Shown piece by piece: positions 38,261-47,454 of a stretch of DNA of 64,000 bases. Numbering within the stretch: the stretch's first letter is position 1; each line of letters starts with the position of its first letter. The position numbers and the translations under genes were made by a program. A model generated the notes under the pieces. That model did no database searches. It worked only from the letters and a program-made list of their open reading frames with translations, and was not told the DNA's origin. The stretch is taken from the IMG/VR virus record IMGVR_UViG_3300033273_000392, positions 64,001-128,000 of that record. One strand, 5' to 3'. The stretch comes from a virus.

Positions 38261-38719
38261 TTATATATCAATAACTATTACTTTTGGATTTATCTTCATC
38301 TGAAATGCTATATCCATTCTTGTATTGCCACTAAATACAGTCATATTACCCTTACTATCTTTAGTGACTATTGGATAGTCTACTGGTTTTCCGTTTCCAA
38401 GCTTCTTATACAAATCCCTTAAAGTTTCCTCGTTTCTGTACTTAGGGTATGATGCATATCCCTTGATAAGGTTATGTAGATCATCAAACGTTTTTGTTCT
38501 AGATCTATTAGCTATCTTCATGTCCATTTTAGGAGTTATCTCTACGATATCGCCAGATTTAACAGCATCTATAAACTCTTCTTTAGAATCAAATAGATTC
38601 TTTGACTTTAGTTCGTGTTCAACCTTAAATTCTTGGGCCAACATCTTAGAGTCTGGCATAAACCATGAATTGTACTTTGCCTCAAAGACAAACTCTTCAA
38701 ATAGCTTAATGTGTTTCAT
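38261..38719 (-). CDS. Leader-bearing ParB/Srx-like domain protein
   Basis: MKHIKLFEEFVFE leader; 'YPIV...VFSGNTRMDIA...PKVIVI' ParB-N-like motif. Confidence 0.6.
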   Translation of the reverse strand: MKHIKLFEEFVFEAKYNSWFMPDSKMLAQEFKVEHELKSKNLFDSKEEFIDAVKSGDIVEITPKMDMKIANRSRTKTFDDLHNLIKGYASYPKYRNEETLRDLYKKLGNGKPVDYPIVTKDSKGNMTVFSGNTRMDIAFQMKINPKVIVIDI

Positions 38720-39633
38720 TTTCCGTAAGATACCTTGCTCTTTTCACCTCCTATCCAATCAAAGTCTTGAAATCTCAATGGATTTGTAACCTTCCACTTA
38801 TCAAAGTTTTCTGCGGATTGCTTAAGTGTATATTCAGGCAGGCCTTCTTCCCTTTCTCTTTTTTCCAAATCCGATAGAAAGTTACCACGAACTCTTTCAT
38901 CAACAATAACAAGAAAGTCTACTTTAATGGGAGCGTTACCTATTAAGAGCACTTCATCTTCACCCCACTTTGAAATACTATTAGATAGTTCTGGAGATAA
39001 TAAGAATCTAGAATTATCAGCCCTACAGCCATAAATTACAGCCACCTCTTTAGATTCATCATCCGGGCGCTTTCTTGCAAACTGCACGGCAGAAGTAGGA
39101 TCTACTGTCCATGAAGTAAAGCCGGCTTTATTTCTAGAACTGTATTTAATGCCAGGATTGTCAGTACCTATCATAAAGTCAAACTTCTCTCCCAATCTGT
39201 TAGTCTTTGGTAATAGCCTTTCTAGTTCTTTCATTGGCATCTTGGCGCCTCTCCAAAGCATATCTGTTGGCACATTTCCATACCATGCCAAGCCAGTTCT
39301 ACCAATAAACTCGCGCATATCCGCCATTCGTTCGCTTTTAGTTGGATCTAATAGTTTAGGAAACTTCTTTTTAATCTTCAACAGCGAGTTTAACATTTTG
39401 CCAAGATTAGTAGAGTTCTTCTCGTCTCTAAAGTAATCTTGTAGGTAACGTACTAACTGCTTTTCGTATTTTGTGTTATCTTCAAAACCTTCATCTCTGT
39501 ACATAACGTCAATAAAGTGATAGAATCTATCGTGGTCTTTACTTACCCTAGCGGCAAACTCGTCGTCGGCCAATAGCTTCTTACCTATATCAGCTTCATT
39601 TAAAAATTGTTCGTATAACTTGATGTACTTCAT
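38716..39633 (-). CDS. Leader-bearing ADP-ribosyltransferase-like protein (R-S-E class)
   Basis: MKYIKLYEQFLNE leader; LWRG ... FTSWT ... EDEVLL. Confidence 0.7.
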   Translation of the reverse strand: MKYIKLYEQFLNEADIGKKLLADDEFAARVSKDHDRFYHFIDVMYRDEGFEDNTKYEKQLVRYLQDYFRDEKNSTNLGKMLNSLLKIKKKFPKLLDPTKSERMADMREFIGRTGLAWYGNVPTDMLWRGAKMPMKELERLLPKTNRLGEKFDFMIGTDNPGIKYSSRNKAGFTSWTVDPTSAVQFARKRPDDESKEVAVIYGCRADNSRFLLSPELSNSISKWGEDEVLLIGNAPIKVDFLVIVDERVRGNFLSDLEKREREEGLPEYTLKQSAENFDKWKVTNPLRFQDFDWIGGEKSKVSYGK

Positions 39634-39643
39634 ATCCTATTTA

Positions 39644-40462
39644 TCAAAATGTCCTATAGTTTAAAGTAGGCCTACTCACCTTCCACTCGTCATATGTCAT
39701 ATCATTAAAGTTCATCTCGTCAGTCACCTGTGCACTAAACCTTAAGTCATCTATAATAATTACATCGGGTTTAAAACTTTTGCCTACTAGAATTACTTCA
39801 TTTTCATAAAACTTAGACAGCGCATTAGTCATAGTGTTATTAAAAATCAAGTTAGGGGTTTTTAGCTTAACTCCATATAGAACTCTAATTCTATCAGGCT
39901 TTTGCGTAACACCAAATCCTCTTGCATTATCAATGTGTGTTGAGAATGAAATAAAACCGTAGTTACCTCTTGGAGTGTTAGTATAGTTAGGACTGTCAAT
40001 CACTGCAACTGAATGCATACCTAAATTTATTAACCTAGATGCAGGTAGTAGGGCTTTTACATCCTTGCTAGTTATTGTTGCTCCTCTCCAAGCCATATTG
40101 TTCTTATACTGTTTACCAATCCGTTCAACAAACGTGCTTAGTGTTTTAACATTTGACACAGTTGGATCTAGAATCTTAGGGAACTTCTTCTTAAGCTTAA
40201 GAAGCTGTGGCAACAGTTTATCTAGATCTCCTTTTTCTAGTTTGCCCATAGGAGCATCAAAGTAGATCTGTAACTGATGTAGAATCTCGTTCTCATCGTC
40301 AGTGTTCGGCTCATAGTCCTGTTGGTATATCTTTTCAAGCCAGTCATCCCACTTCTGGTCAACTGCACGATTTCGTGGACCTGTAAATTGACCGCCGAAA
40401 AGTTGGCGACCTATCTCGATCTTCTCATTTAAGAAGCTTTGAAAGGGTTTGATATACTTCAT
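39644..40462 (-). CDS. Leader-bearing ADP-ribosyltransferase-like protein (R-S-E class), paralog of 38716-39633
   Basis: MKYIKPFQSFLNE leader; AWRG ... FISFST ... ENEVIL; shares 'KKKFPK(L/I)LDPT' with its neighbour. Confidence 0.7.
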   Translation of the reverse strand: MKYIKPFQSFLNEKIEIGRQLFGGQFTGPRNRAVDQKWDDWLEKIYQQDYEPNTDDENEILHQLQIYFDAPMGKLEKGDLDKLLPQLLKLKKKFPKILDPTVSNVKTLSTFVERIGKQYKNNMAWRGATITSKDVKALLPASRLINLGMHSVAVIDSPNYTNTPRGNYGFISFSTHIDNARGFGVTQKPDRIRVLYGVKLKTPNLIFNNTMTNALSKFYENEVILVGKSFKPDVIIIDDLRFSAQVTDEMNFNDMTYDEWKVSRPTLNYRTF

Positions 40463-40465
40463 GGC

Positions 40466-40864
40466 TTAATAGTCCGTGACCTTTTTAATTTTATTCCATG
40501 GGATTTGGCCATGATATTCGTAAGTATCTGAAGCTCCACCCGATCTAACATTGGAGTCATCGTGCAGTTTTTTAAGGTCTAACGCCTTTGAAGGAATATG
40601 AAGAACTACAATCCCTGAATCATATATTTCATCTGGCATTTCTTCGGCTGCTTCTGCATAAGAACCGGCAACATCTAAATCATTGGCAAGATAAACCACA
40701 CCTGCTTTAGAATCTTCCCACGCCAAATCCACCTTTCTAGTATCTAAGCCTTTCTTTTTTATTTCAGGTAGTAGAGCGTTATATGTAGCATGGTAAAAAG
40801 TATCAGGTACTTCTTGAGTTAGTGCTTCATTTAGAAATTGTTCATATATCTTGATATACTTCAT
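40466..40864 (-). CDS. Leader-bearing ADP-ribosyltransferase-fold protein (H-Y class, Tpt1/KptA-like)
   Basis: MKYIKIYEQFLNE leader; 'FYHAT...IKKKGL...VYLA...A.SYA...VVLHI...IP'. Confidence 0.65.
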   Translation of the reverse strand: MKYIKIYEQFLNEALTQEVPDTFYHATYNALLPEIKKKGLDTRKVDLAWEDSKAGVVYLANDLDVAGSYAEAAEEMPDEIYDSGIVVLHIPSKALDLKKLHDDSNVRSGGASDTYEYHGQIPWNKIKKVTDY

Positions 40865-40867
40865 AGC

Positions 40868-41797
40868 TTATTTGATTCTTTTAATATTCTTTGCGCTAGG
40901 CCCCCAGAAAAGAGCCTGGAATACGTTGTCTCCATAGTGAAACGCAACGATAGCTTCTGCCTCAAACTCAACGGCCTGCTTGGCATTCCAGTGCTTCATT
41001 GCCTTTTCTAATGACTTGTATTCGTATTCTATATAGTCTGCTGGGAAAGCATAGTTCCATCCTGGCTTAGGAGTTGCTGTCCTGCTGCCCCATGACATGC
41101 CTAGGTCGTTAAAATCTTTTGTGCCTCTAGTAAATCCGTTCGCTACAATAGCATCGGCATGATTTGTTAAGTGCACTAGCTTAGTTCCCTTAGGTACTCT
41201 ATTTGGCTCATCAAAGAAATAAGAGATAGGAAGCCTAGGATAGTATAATTTACTATTCACAGCATTGAAAAGCTTTTCTAGTTCCTCTTCAGTTGCTGTA
41301 TCGCCAGTTACTCCCTCTAGACCATTACTATGTACGACTTGTTTCATGCCCTTAAGGCCAATAATAAGGTCAAACTTTTCAGCAGGAGTTTTGTCTAGTG
41401 CCTTTTCTAGATCGTCTATCTTAGCTTCATTAACGAAGGATTCAAACAGGTTTAAGTGCTTCATATCAGTAACTCTTTTATTTGATTCGTTGTATCTAAC
41501 CATGGTCTCTCTGGTCTTAAAGTCATGCCTAGGCTTCTTCTTAAATCCAAACTCCTTATAGAACTTCTCTAGTCTAGATTTAGATGAAGCACCATAGTCA
41601 GTGCTAGGTGTCAAGTAGATCGTCTTGTTCATGCTATCCGCATAATCAATAACCTTCTGCATAACCCGTCTGCCTACTCCGCTGCCCCTAGCCTCTTCAG
41701 GAACTACAATTTTGCTTAGAGTTAAGTAGTCGCCATTATCATAAAGCTCAAGCTCTACACCAAATTCTTGTTCTATGTCTTGCAGTACGTATGACAT
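40868..41797 (-). CDS. GNAT acetyltransferase fused to a second (ART-like?) domain through an internal leader
   Basis: 'IVVPEEARGSGVGRRVM' acetyl-CoA motif, 'LEKFYKEFGF'; internal MKHLNLFESFVNE at 41464. Confidence 0.7.
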   Translation of the reverse strand: MSYVLQDIEQEFGVELELYDNGDYLTLSKIVVPEEARGSGVGRRVMQKVIDYADSMNKTIYLTPSTDYGASSKSRLEKFYKEFGFKKKPRHDFKTRETMVRYNESNKRVTDMKHLNLFESFVNEAKIDDLEKALDKTPAEKFDLIIGLKGMKQVVHSNGLEGVTGDTATEEELEKLFNAVNSKLYYPRLPISYFFDEPNRVPKGTKLVHLTNHADAIVANGFTRGTKDFNDLGMSWGSRTATPKPGWNYAFPADYIEYEYKSLEKAMKHWNAKQAVEFEAEAIVAFHYGDNVFQALFWGPSAKNIKRIK

Positions 41798-42765
41798 TAT
41801 AGACCGTATTTTTTAGTTAGGTATTCTTGAACATTACCGGTCTTATACTTTCTCATATCATCAGAAAGCATCTTAAAGAACTCTCGGTATATGTCGACCC
41901 TACGAGAACGCTTATCGTGCAAGTCGTTCATAAACGTTGCTGAAAATAAAGCGACATCTTGTTTCATATCGGATGTGTACATTTCAATCTCGCCTCTTAG
42001 CTTCGTTTCAATTTTACCATCGTAATACTTCTTAGCATCAGATAGATCTACTAGTCTGTCAATCTCCTTTTGGTTATCAGCGGCTAATGCTACAATAACT
42101 CTAGCGATTACTCTAGTGTCAAACCCTTCGATCTTAATAGGCTGATTCCACTCCTCATCATTTCTCTTGATCTGATCTTCAACGTCCTCAAGCTTTACGC
42201 CTCCCTTTTGATTTAAGAAGTTTCGCCTAGCATCTAGGTCGTTGCGGTCGCTGAAGTAAAGATACGTTGGAATCTTATTCTTCTTAATCCACTTAAGAAG
42301 CATATCGGTATCTTGTGAGTTCATATTCCATCTCTTTGGATCTTTATCGATATGAATCTCCTTTACGTACTGTGCTGCTTTAGCAATCTTAGGGTTATTC
42401 AACATAATACGGTCCTCCATTTCATGCGACCTTAGATTTCTATTTCCAGGCTCATATGCGTTACCTCTTTTCTTAATTTCCCAATAGTCAATAGGCTCGG
42501 CCTTGTATCTCTGCCCAAGCTTTCTTCCATCTAAGACAAACTTAACGACTCCACTTTGATATCCCTCTCGCTTAGATCTAGTAGTAGAAAAAAAGTATGT
42601 TCTACCCTTCTGAAACTTCTGATCAGCTTCGGTACCAACAGAAAGTGTACCAAAGAACGCATCATCCCCTGCAATACCAATTAATCCCGGGAATGAGGTA
42701 AAGTGATATACGACATCAGAGATGCCTTCGTTTAAGAACTGCTCAAATATCTTTAGGTATTTCAT
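41797..42765 (-). CDS. Leader-bearing protein with ART-like N-terminal domain
   Basis: MKYLKIFEQFLNE leader; 'VYHFT', 'FSTTRS', 'FVLDG', 'EMEDRI'. Confidence 0.55.
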   Translation of the reverse strand: MKYLKIFEQFLNEGISDVVYHFTSFPGLIGIAGDDAFFGTLSVGTEADQKFQKGRTYFFSTTRSKREGYQSGVVKFVLDGRKLGQRYKAEPIDYWEIKKRGNAYEPGNRNLRSHEMEDRIMLNNPKIAKAAQYVKEIHIDKDPKRWNMNSQDTDMLLKWIKKNKIPTYLYFSDRNDLDARRNFLNQKGGVKLEDVEDQIKRNDEEWNQPIKIEGFDTRVIARVIVALAADNQKEIDRLVDLSDAKKYYDGKIETKLRGEIEMYTSDMKQDVALFSATFMNDLHDKRSRRVDIYREFFKMLSDDMRKYKTGNVQEYLTKKYGL

Positions 42766-42769
42766 AGAC

Positions 42770-42777
42770 TATATATC
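42770..42777 (-). promoter_or_regulatory. Late-type promoter motif GATATATA heading the leader-bearing gene array
   Basis: 4 nt upstream of ATG 42765, just after a terminator. Confidence 0.6.
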
Positions 42778-42781
42778 AAAG

Positions 42782-42808
42782 AAAAAGGGCCCCCAAAAAG
42801 GGGGCCCT
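42782..42808 (-). terminator. Intrinsic terminator
   Basis: AGGGCCCCC-AAAAA-GGGGGCCCT perfect hairpin plus T-run on the minus strand. Confidence 0.85.
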
Positions 42809-42857
42809 ACGAACGGGGGCTTTGAGGGTGGTTAGATAAGCACCACCCTGCACGTAT
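42782..42857 (-). ncRNA. Candidate small structured RNA (two hairpins) between a late-type promoter and a terminator
   Basis: GATATATA at 42858-42865; AGGGTGGT/ACCACCCT stem at 42825-42849; terminator; no ORF. Confidence 0.35.
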
Positions 42858-42871
42858 TATATATCGAAAGA

Positions 42872-43171
42872 TTAGACGCCTTCTAACATGAGGCTATCGA
42901 TCTCATTGCAAATTGGCAATAAGATTGCACAGCGCTCATATTGTTCCTCATCTTCAAAGTACTGAATCATCTTCTTAATAGTAAGATTCAGATCAGCCAG
43001 TTGAATAGGATCGAGTGAAAGCAAGTGAGACCGGTTCATACCTGACTCTTCGATCTTTTTAAAGTTATCCTCGATTGCTTGCTCTAGCATTCGCTCACGC
43101 AGTTTATTAATCTTGCGCTCGAACTCTGAGCTGCTATCCTCCATAAAATCGTCAAAATTAAACTCTTGCAT
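42872..43171 (-). CDS. Small protein with C-terminal UVR-like motif
   Basis: 'MIQYFEDEEQYERCAILL'. Confidence 0.6.
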   Translation of the reverse strand: MQEFNFDDFMEDSSSEFERKINKLRERMLEQAIEDNFKKIEESGMNRSHLLSLDPIQLADLNLTIKKMIQYFEDEEQYERCAILLPICNEIDSLMLEGV

Positions 43172-43266
43172 AATTTATCTATCTTTTGGTTTTTGATTAC
43201 AATGGAATATACACAATCTTCGTCAAACAAAAAAATTATTTAAATCTTTTTTCGATATTTTAACAC

Positions 43267-45117
43267 TTATTCTACTACCTCTGCTTCTACAGTCTCTTCA
43301 TCGGCTTCTCCCTGTTGCTGGGCATAAAGATCTTTAGATACCTCTTGCCATACTTCTGTTAGAGCTTCAGTCTTAGCCTTGCAGTCTTCTACATCACTTG
43401 ACTCGATAGCAGACTTAAGCGAGTCAAGCGCCTCGTTGAGCTGTGTCTTCTGATCCTCTAAAAGCTGGTCGTCCATATCCTTCATCTGATTCTCAGTAGT
43501 AAAGACCATGCTATCTGCTCGGTTCATAACATCGGCTCGCTCGCGCGCTTCCTTATCTGCATCGGCATTTGCTTCAGCTTCCTGCTTCATACGCTCGATA
43601 TCATCTTGGCTCAACCCGCTAGAAGCCTCGATACGGATCTTCTGCTCCTTATTAGTTGCCTTATCAGTTGCAGTTACATTGATGATACCATTAGCATCAA
43701 TATCAAACGTTACTTCAATCTGAGGAATACCTCGAGGCGCAGGTGGCAGGCCATCTAGGTGGAACCGCCCGATAGTATGGTTATCTTGCGCCATAGCTCG
43801 CTCGCCCTGGAGAACATGGATCTCAACGCTAGGCTGATTATCAGCCGCGGTAGAGAACGTCTCACTCTTCTTAGTAGGGATAGTTGTATTGGCGTCAATC
43901 AACTTGGTGAATACACCGCCCATAGTCTCAATGCCAAGTGACAGTGGCGTGACGTCTAACAAGAGGACATCGTTAACATCACCGGAAAGAACCCCACCTT
44001 GGATAGCAGCGCCAAGAGCAACCACCTCGTCTGGGTTTACTCCTTTAGAAGGCTCCTTACCAAAGAACTTACTTACCGCTTCCTGAACCGCAGGAATGCG
44101 CGTAGATCCACCGACAAGGATAACCTCATCAATATCACTTTTCTTTAAACCTGCTGCCTTCAAAGCGCTCTGGCATGGTTTAATGCTTCGCTTAACAAGA
44201 TCTTCAGTCAGCTGATCAAACTTAGAGCGGCTAAGGTTGCGAACAAGGTGCTTAGGAACCCCATCAACTGGCATGATATATGGCAAGTTGATTTCAGTAG
44301 ATGATGTGCTAGACAACTCGATCTTAGCTTTCTCTGCAGCCTCACGAAGACGTTGAAGTGCCATAGGATCCTTGGTCAAATCCAGTCCACCGTTCTCGTC
44401 CTTAAACTCCTGAACCAACCAATCAACGATAGCCAAGTCAAAGTCATCACCGCCGAGGTGTGTATCACCATCAGTAGACAAGACTTCAAAGACTCCATCA
44501 CCAAGCTCGAGGATACTAACGTCATGTGTACCACCGCCAAGGTCAAATACCACAATCTTCTGATCTGTATTCTGCTTGTCTAGACCATATGCTAGCGCTG
44601 CAGCAGTTGGCTCGTTGATGATTCGCTTCACCTCGAGACCGGCAATCTGGCCAGCTTCTTTAGTAGCCTGGCGCTGTGCATCATTAAAGTATGCAGGAAC
44701 AGTAATCACCGCTTCAGTAACAGAAGTTCCGAGATAGTCCTCAGCAGTCTGCTTCATTTTCTGCAAGACCATAGCGCTAATCTCCTGTGCAGTATATGCC
44801 TTTCCTTCAACATCTACGCTTACAGTGTCCCCCTTTCCTTTCTTAACAGAATATGCCACACGCCCTGCTTCTTTCTTAGATTCAGAGAAAGGCATTCCAA
44901 TAAAACGCTTAATAGACGAAACTGTGTTTTCTGGGTTAGTCACAGCTTGGCGCTTTGCAGGATCCCCGATTTTACGGTCGCCGTCCTTTGCAAATCCAAT
45001 TACAGAGGGTGTTGTACGTTTACCTTCAGAGTTCGTGATAACGATAGGCTCGTTACCTTCCATAACGGCAACACAAGAGTTAGTGGTACCGAGGTCAATT
45101 CCAATGATTTTACTCAT
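43267..45117 (-). CDS. dnaK: Chaperone DnaK (Hsp70), Bacteroidota-type
   Basis: '[10 protein letters not shown]', 'TVPAYFND', 'DLGGGT', '[17 protein letters not shown]', '[13 protein letters not shown]'. Confidence 0.98.
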   Translation of the reverse strand: MSKIIGIDLGTTNSCVAVMEGNEPIVITNSEGKRTTPSVIGFAKDGDRKIGDPAKRQAVTNPENTVSSIKRFIGMPFSESKKEAGRVAYSVKKGKGDTVSVDVEGKAYTAQEISAMVLQKMKQTAEDYLGTSVTEAVITVPAYFNDAQRQATKEAGQIAGLEVKRIINEPTAAALAYGLDKQNTDQKIVVFDLGGGTHDVSILELGDGVFEVLSTDGDTHLGGDDFDLAIVDWLVQEFKDENGGLDLTKDPMALQRLREAAEKAKIELSSTSSTEINLPYIMPVDGVPKHLVRNLSRSKFDQLTEDLVKRSIKPCQSALKAAGLKKSDIDEVILVGGSTRIPAVQEAVSKFFGKEPSKGVNPDEVVALGAAIQGGVLSGDVNDVLLLDVTPLSLGIETMGGVFTKLIDANTTIPTKKSETFSTAADNQPSVEIHVLQGERAMAQDNHTIGRFHLDGLPPAPRGIPQIEVTFDIDANGIINVTATDKATNKEQKIRIEASSGLSQDDIERMKQEAEANADADKEARERADVMNRADSMVFTTENQMKDMDDQLLEDQKTQLNEALDSLKSAIESSDVEDCKAKTEALTEVWQEVSKDLYAQQQGEADEETVEAEVVE

Positions 45118-45142
45118 ATCTTTATGTTTTGATTTTATTAGT

Positions 45143-45232
45143 TAGCAATATTGCTAGACGTGGCATATATAGAAAAAACCATGCCACTAGGCAGAAGTAT
45201 GACAAAATGTCACACTTCTGTCATATCTGTCA
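45143..45232 (-). promoter_or_regulatory. Palindrome-rich dnaK upstream region (TGACA/TGTCA boxes; TGGCA-N-TTTC sigma54-like element)
   Basis: CAGAAGTATGACA-AAA-TGTCACACTTCTG (45192-45220), extra TGTCA copies, GTGGCAT/ATGCCAC, perfect TAGCAATATTGCTA. Confidence 0.5.
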
Positions 45233-45234
45233 TA

Positions 45235-45483
45235 TTATCCGCAATAGAGATCTAGTTCACCATCTTCCCATGCAGCGATAATAGCTGCAACTTCCTCGGA
45301 GTCTTCAGCTGCATCATAAATGCTGCACCATCCGTCTTCGTGCAAATAGAGCATTTCACCTCCATTGCTATCTTCGGCATATCGGATGGTATGTTCGTTA
45401 CCATCAATTTCAAGTGTGTATTGGTCTGTGCTTGCCCAATATACGTTGTCGCAATCTACGACTTCAATATCAAAATCTGACAT
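45235..45483 (-). CDS. Small acidic hypothetical protein
   Basis: 82 aa ORF. Confidence 0.6.
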   Translation of the reverse strand: MSDFDIEVVDCDNVYWASTDQYTLEIDGNEHTIRYAEDSNGGEMLYLHEDGWCSIYDAAEDSEEVAAIIAAWEDGELDLYCG

Positions 45484-45494
45484 TTTTATTTAGT

Positions 45495-45680
45495 TTAAAG
45501 AATTTTAGTTGTCATAAGTGAACCAAACGGTGCCGAGTGCAACTCTTCTAGACACCATCGTCCTCCGTATTTTTCATCTTGTCGGTTAGCAATCATTTCC
45601 GCTTTGGATTTAGCGTGTTGATCGTCATTTGCATATACATATGCAGTAAATGTAGCTACGTATCTTTTTTCTTTATTCAT
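45495..45680 (-). CDS. Small hypothetical protein
   Basis: 61 aa ORF. Confidence 0.55.
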   Translation of the reverse strand: MNKEKRYVATFTAYVYANDDQHAKSKAEMIANRQDEKYGGRWCLEELHSAPFGSLMTTKIL

Positions 45681-45683
45681 ATC

Positions 45684-46142
45684 TTAGAAATTTCCAGGTG
45701 CAACTTGAAAGCATGTAAGGCCATTATCCCGCCACATATCCACAACCTTCTGCCGATCATCAAACACACAGAGGATATCTGATTTATCGGTAAAGAGCTG
45801 GTCCAACCACTGCTTCTTTAATTGATCGTCAGGCATAAAGTTAAAGTCGTTTGAGGTTGGCCGCATCTTCAATACATCGAAGGGTACATCAAACTTATTG
45901 AGCCATGCCCGAGTAGCATCCTTAGTTGCCTTGCTCCGCCCACTAAGGATCACAATCATGTTGCCTGCATCTTTAAGCGTCTTGGCCATTTGGATAACAG
46001 GCATGTTTGGCTGATCCATATCAATATTATTAGGATCAAAGAACACATCCCAATCGATCTTACCATTGGGTTTAGTTGAGGCAGCCCGCCGCTTGTCGAT
46101 GAGGGCTAGGGTACCGTCGAGGTCAAAGATTACTTTCTTCAT
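45684..46142 (-). CDS. HAD phosphatase resembling the 3'-phosphatase domain of T4 polynucleotide kinase
   Basis: 'IFDLDGTLA', 'ILSGR', 'LKMRP', 'VFDDRQKVVDMWRDNGLTCFQVAPGNF'. Confidence 0.85.
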   Translation of the reverse strand: MKKVIFDLDGTLALIDKRRAASTKPNGKIDWDVFFDPNNIDMDQPNMPVIQMAKTLKDAGNMIVILSGRSKATKDATRAWLNKFDVPFDVLKMRPTSNDFNFMPDDQLKKQWLDQLFTDKSDILCVFDDRQKVVDMWRDNGLTCFQVAPGNF

Positions 46143-46214
46143 TTGTTTTTTTAATTACACTGCAATATACAAAATCCAGGATTAAAACTACTATCTTAAA
46201 TGTTAAATTTTCAG

Positions 46215-46248
46215 AAAAAAGAGGGGATGATCCGTTGACCACCCCCTC
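46215..46248 (-). terminator. Probable intrinsic terminator
   Basis: GAGGGG...CCCCTC imperfect hairpin plus T6 on the minus strand. Confidence 0.55.
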
Positions 46249-46271
46249 CCGACAAACTGGATATGTCCAGA

Positions 46272-47414
46272 TCAGTTAAGCATTGCACCGACTTGGGCGG
46301 TCTCCTTCAGCACATTCTTGGCGAAGGGGCTTGGCATCTCGTTGGACATATCGTAGTCCTTACCAAGCAACTGACCCGCAGAAACCATCAACTCGGTTTC
46401 GTCACTTGGCTTGATGTCTGAACCAAGCATCATGTCAGCGGCGTGTGTCGCCACGTGCGTGACTCCATTAACGACGGACCAGATGGACTGATCGGTCTTG
46501 CAGCGCTTCTTCTGCTCTGTAGTCAACTCATTAGGGTTGACATTGATGCTGTTGTAAGCATCATACTGACTCTGGAGAGGGATCCAGCTGTCTGCGCGAT
46601 CACCAACGTGATTCGAAATCCAACGATGAGCTCGTTCCATCTCGTTAAGAGATGCAGGTGTCTGAGAGGCACGCTTGACGATATCGCCAAATCCAGTAGG
46701 AACGAAACCGTTCTTGCGAAGGTTGTTCAAGTTCTGGAAGAACGTCTCCATAGACTCTTGCTCAAGGTTGTGAAGAGTGAAGTGATCCTCGGCCATCGAT
46801 GTAGTGCAGCCATTAGCGCACCAGAGTCGATTAACATATGGGCTCACTTCGATACCCCCGAACGGTGAGTTCTTCAAGGTGATTCCAGTGGTGAAGATCT
46901 CGTTATCGATACCTACATCCACTTGGGTATTTGGGTGAATCGCATTGATCGTAACTGCGCCCGTACTCGAGTTAACTGACCAATTAGCGATATCAAACCC
47001 ATGGTCACCGATGATTCCATCGGCAATTCCCAAGAATCGCTCATTCGAAATCATTTGCGTCGCGGTCTTTGAAAAACCAACAACCTTCTTAGAAATTGGA
47101 GACAACACAATGGTAATTTCGTTAAGGTTGTTAGCCATAGCATTTTTAATCGTATTGATGAATCGTGCCTTCGTCTCAGCATTGAAGAGATTTTCAAACT
47201 GCTTAGCAAAGGTCTTAGACATCCCGATGATTCGCATCAGCTGAGTGAACGCCTTAGGGTCCATCTCAACATAGTGTCCTTGGTATGAGATTACGCTCTC
47301 AGAGATGATATCAATGTCACGGACGGGAACCGACTTACGTACAGTTTGTGCATTCATTGTCTCAGCTCGGCGTGAGTCGATAACCTCACTAGAAAGTTTA
47401 CGTGCTTGTGGCAT
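46272..47414 (-). CDS. DUF932/DUF945-like protein
   Basis: 'GITLKNS...VNRLWCANG' resembles the DUF932 R-L-x-C-x-N-G motif. Confidence 0.5.
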   Translation of the reverse strand: MPQARKLSSEVIDSRRAETMNAQTVRKSVPVRDIDIISESVISYQGHYVEMDPKAFTQLMRIIGMSKTFAKQFENLFNAETKARFINTIKNAMANNLNEITIVLSPISKKVVGFSKTATQMISNERFLGIADGIIGDHGFDIANWSVNSSTGAVTINAIHPNTQVDVGIDNEIFTTGITLKNSPFGGIEVSPYVNRLWCANGCTTSMAEDHFTLHNLEQESMETFFQNLNNLRKNGFVPTGFGDIVKRASQTPASLNEMERAHRWISNHVGDRADSWIPLQSQYDAYNSINVNPNELTTEQKKRCKTDQSIWSVVNGVTHVATHAADMMLGSDIKPSDETELMVSAGQLLGKDYDMSNEMPSPFAKNVLKETAQVGAMLN

Positions 47415-47454
47415 GTTGATGGTTTAAATGTGATTTACAGTATTTATACTCGTT

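Noticed and set aside
42782-42857. tRNA
   Set aside because: No cloverleaf, T-loop or acceptor stem; no tRNA recognised anywhere in the window
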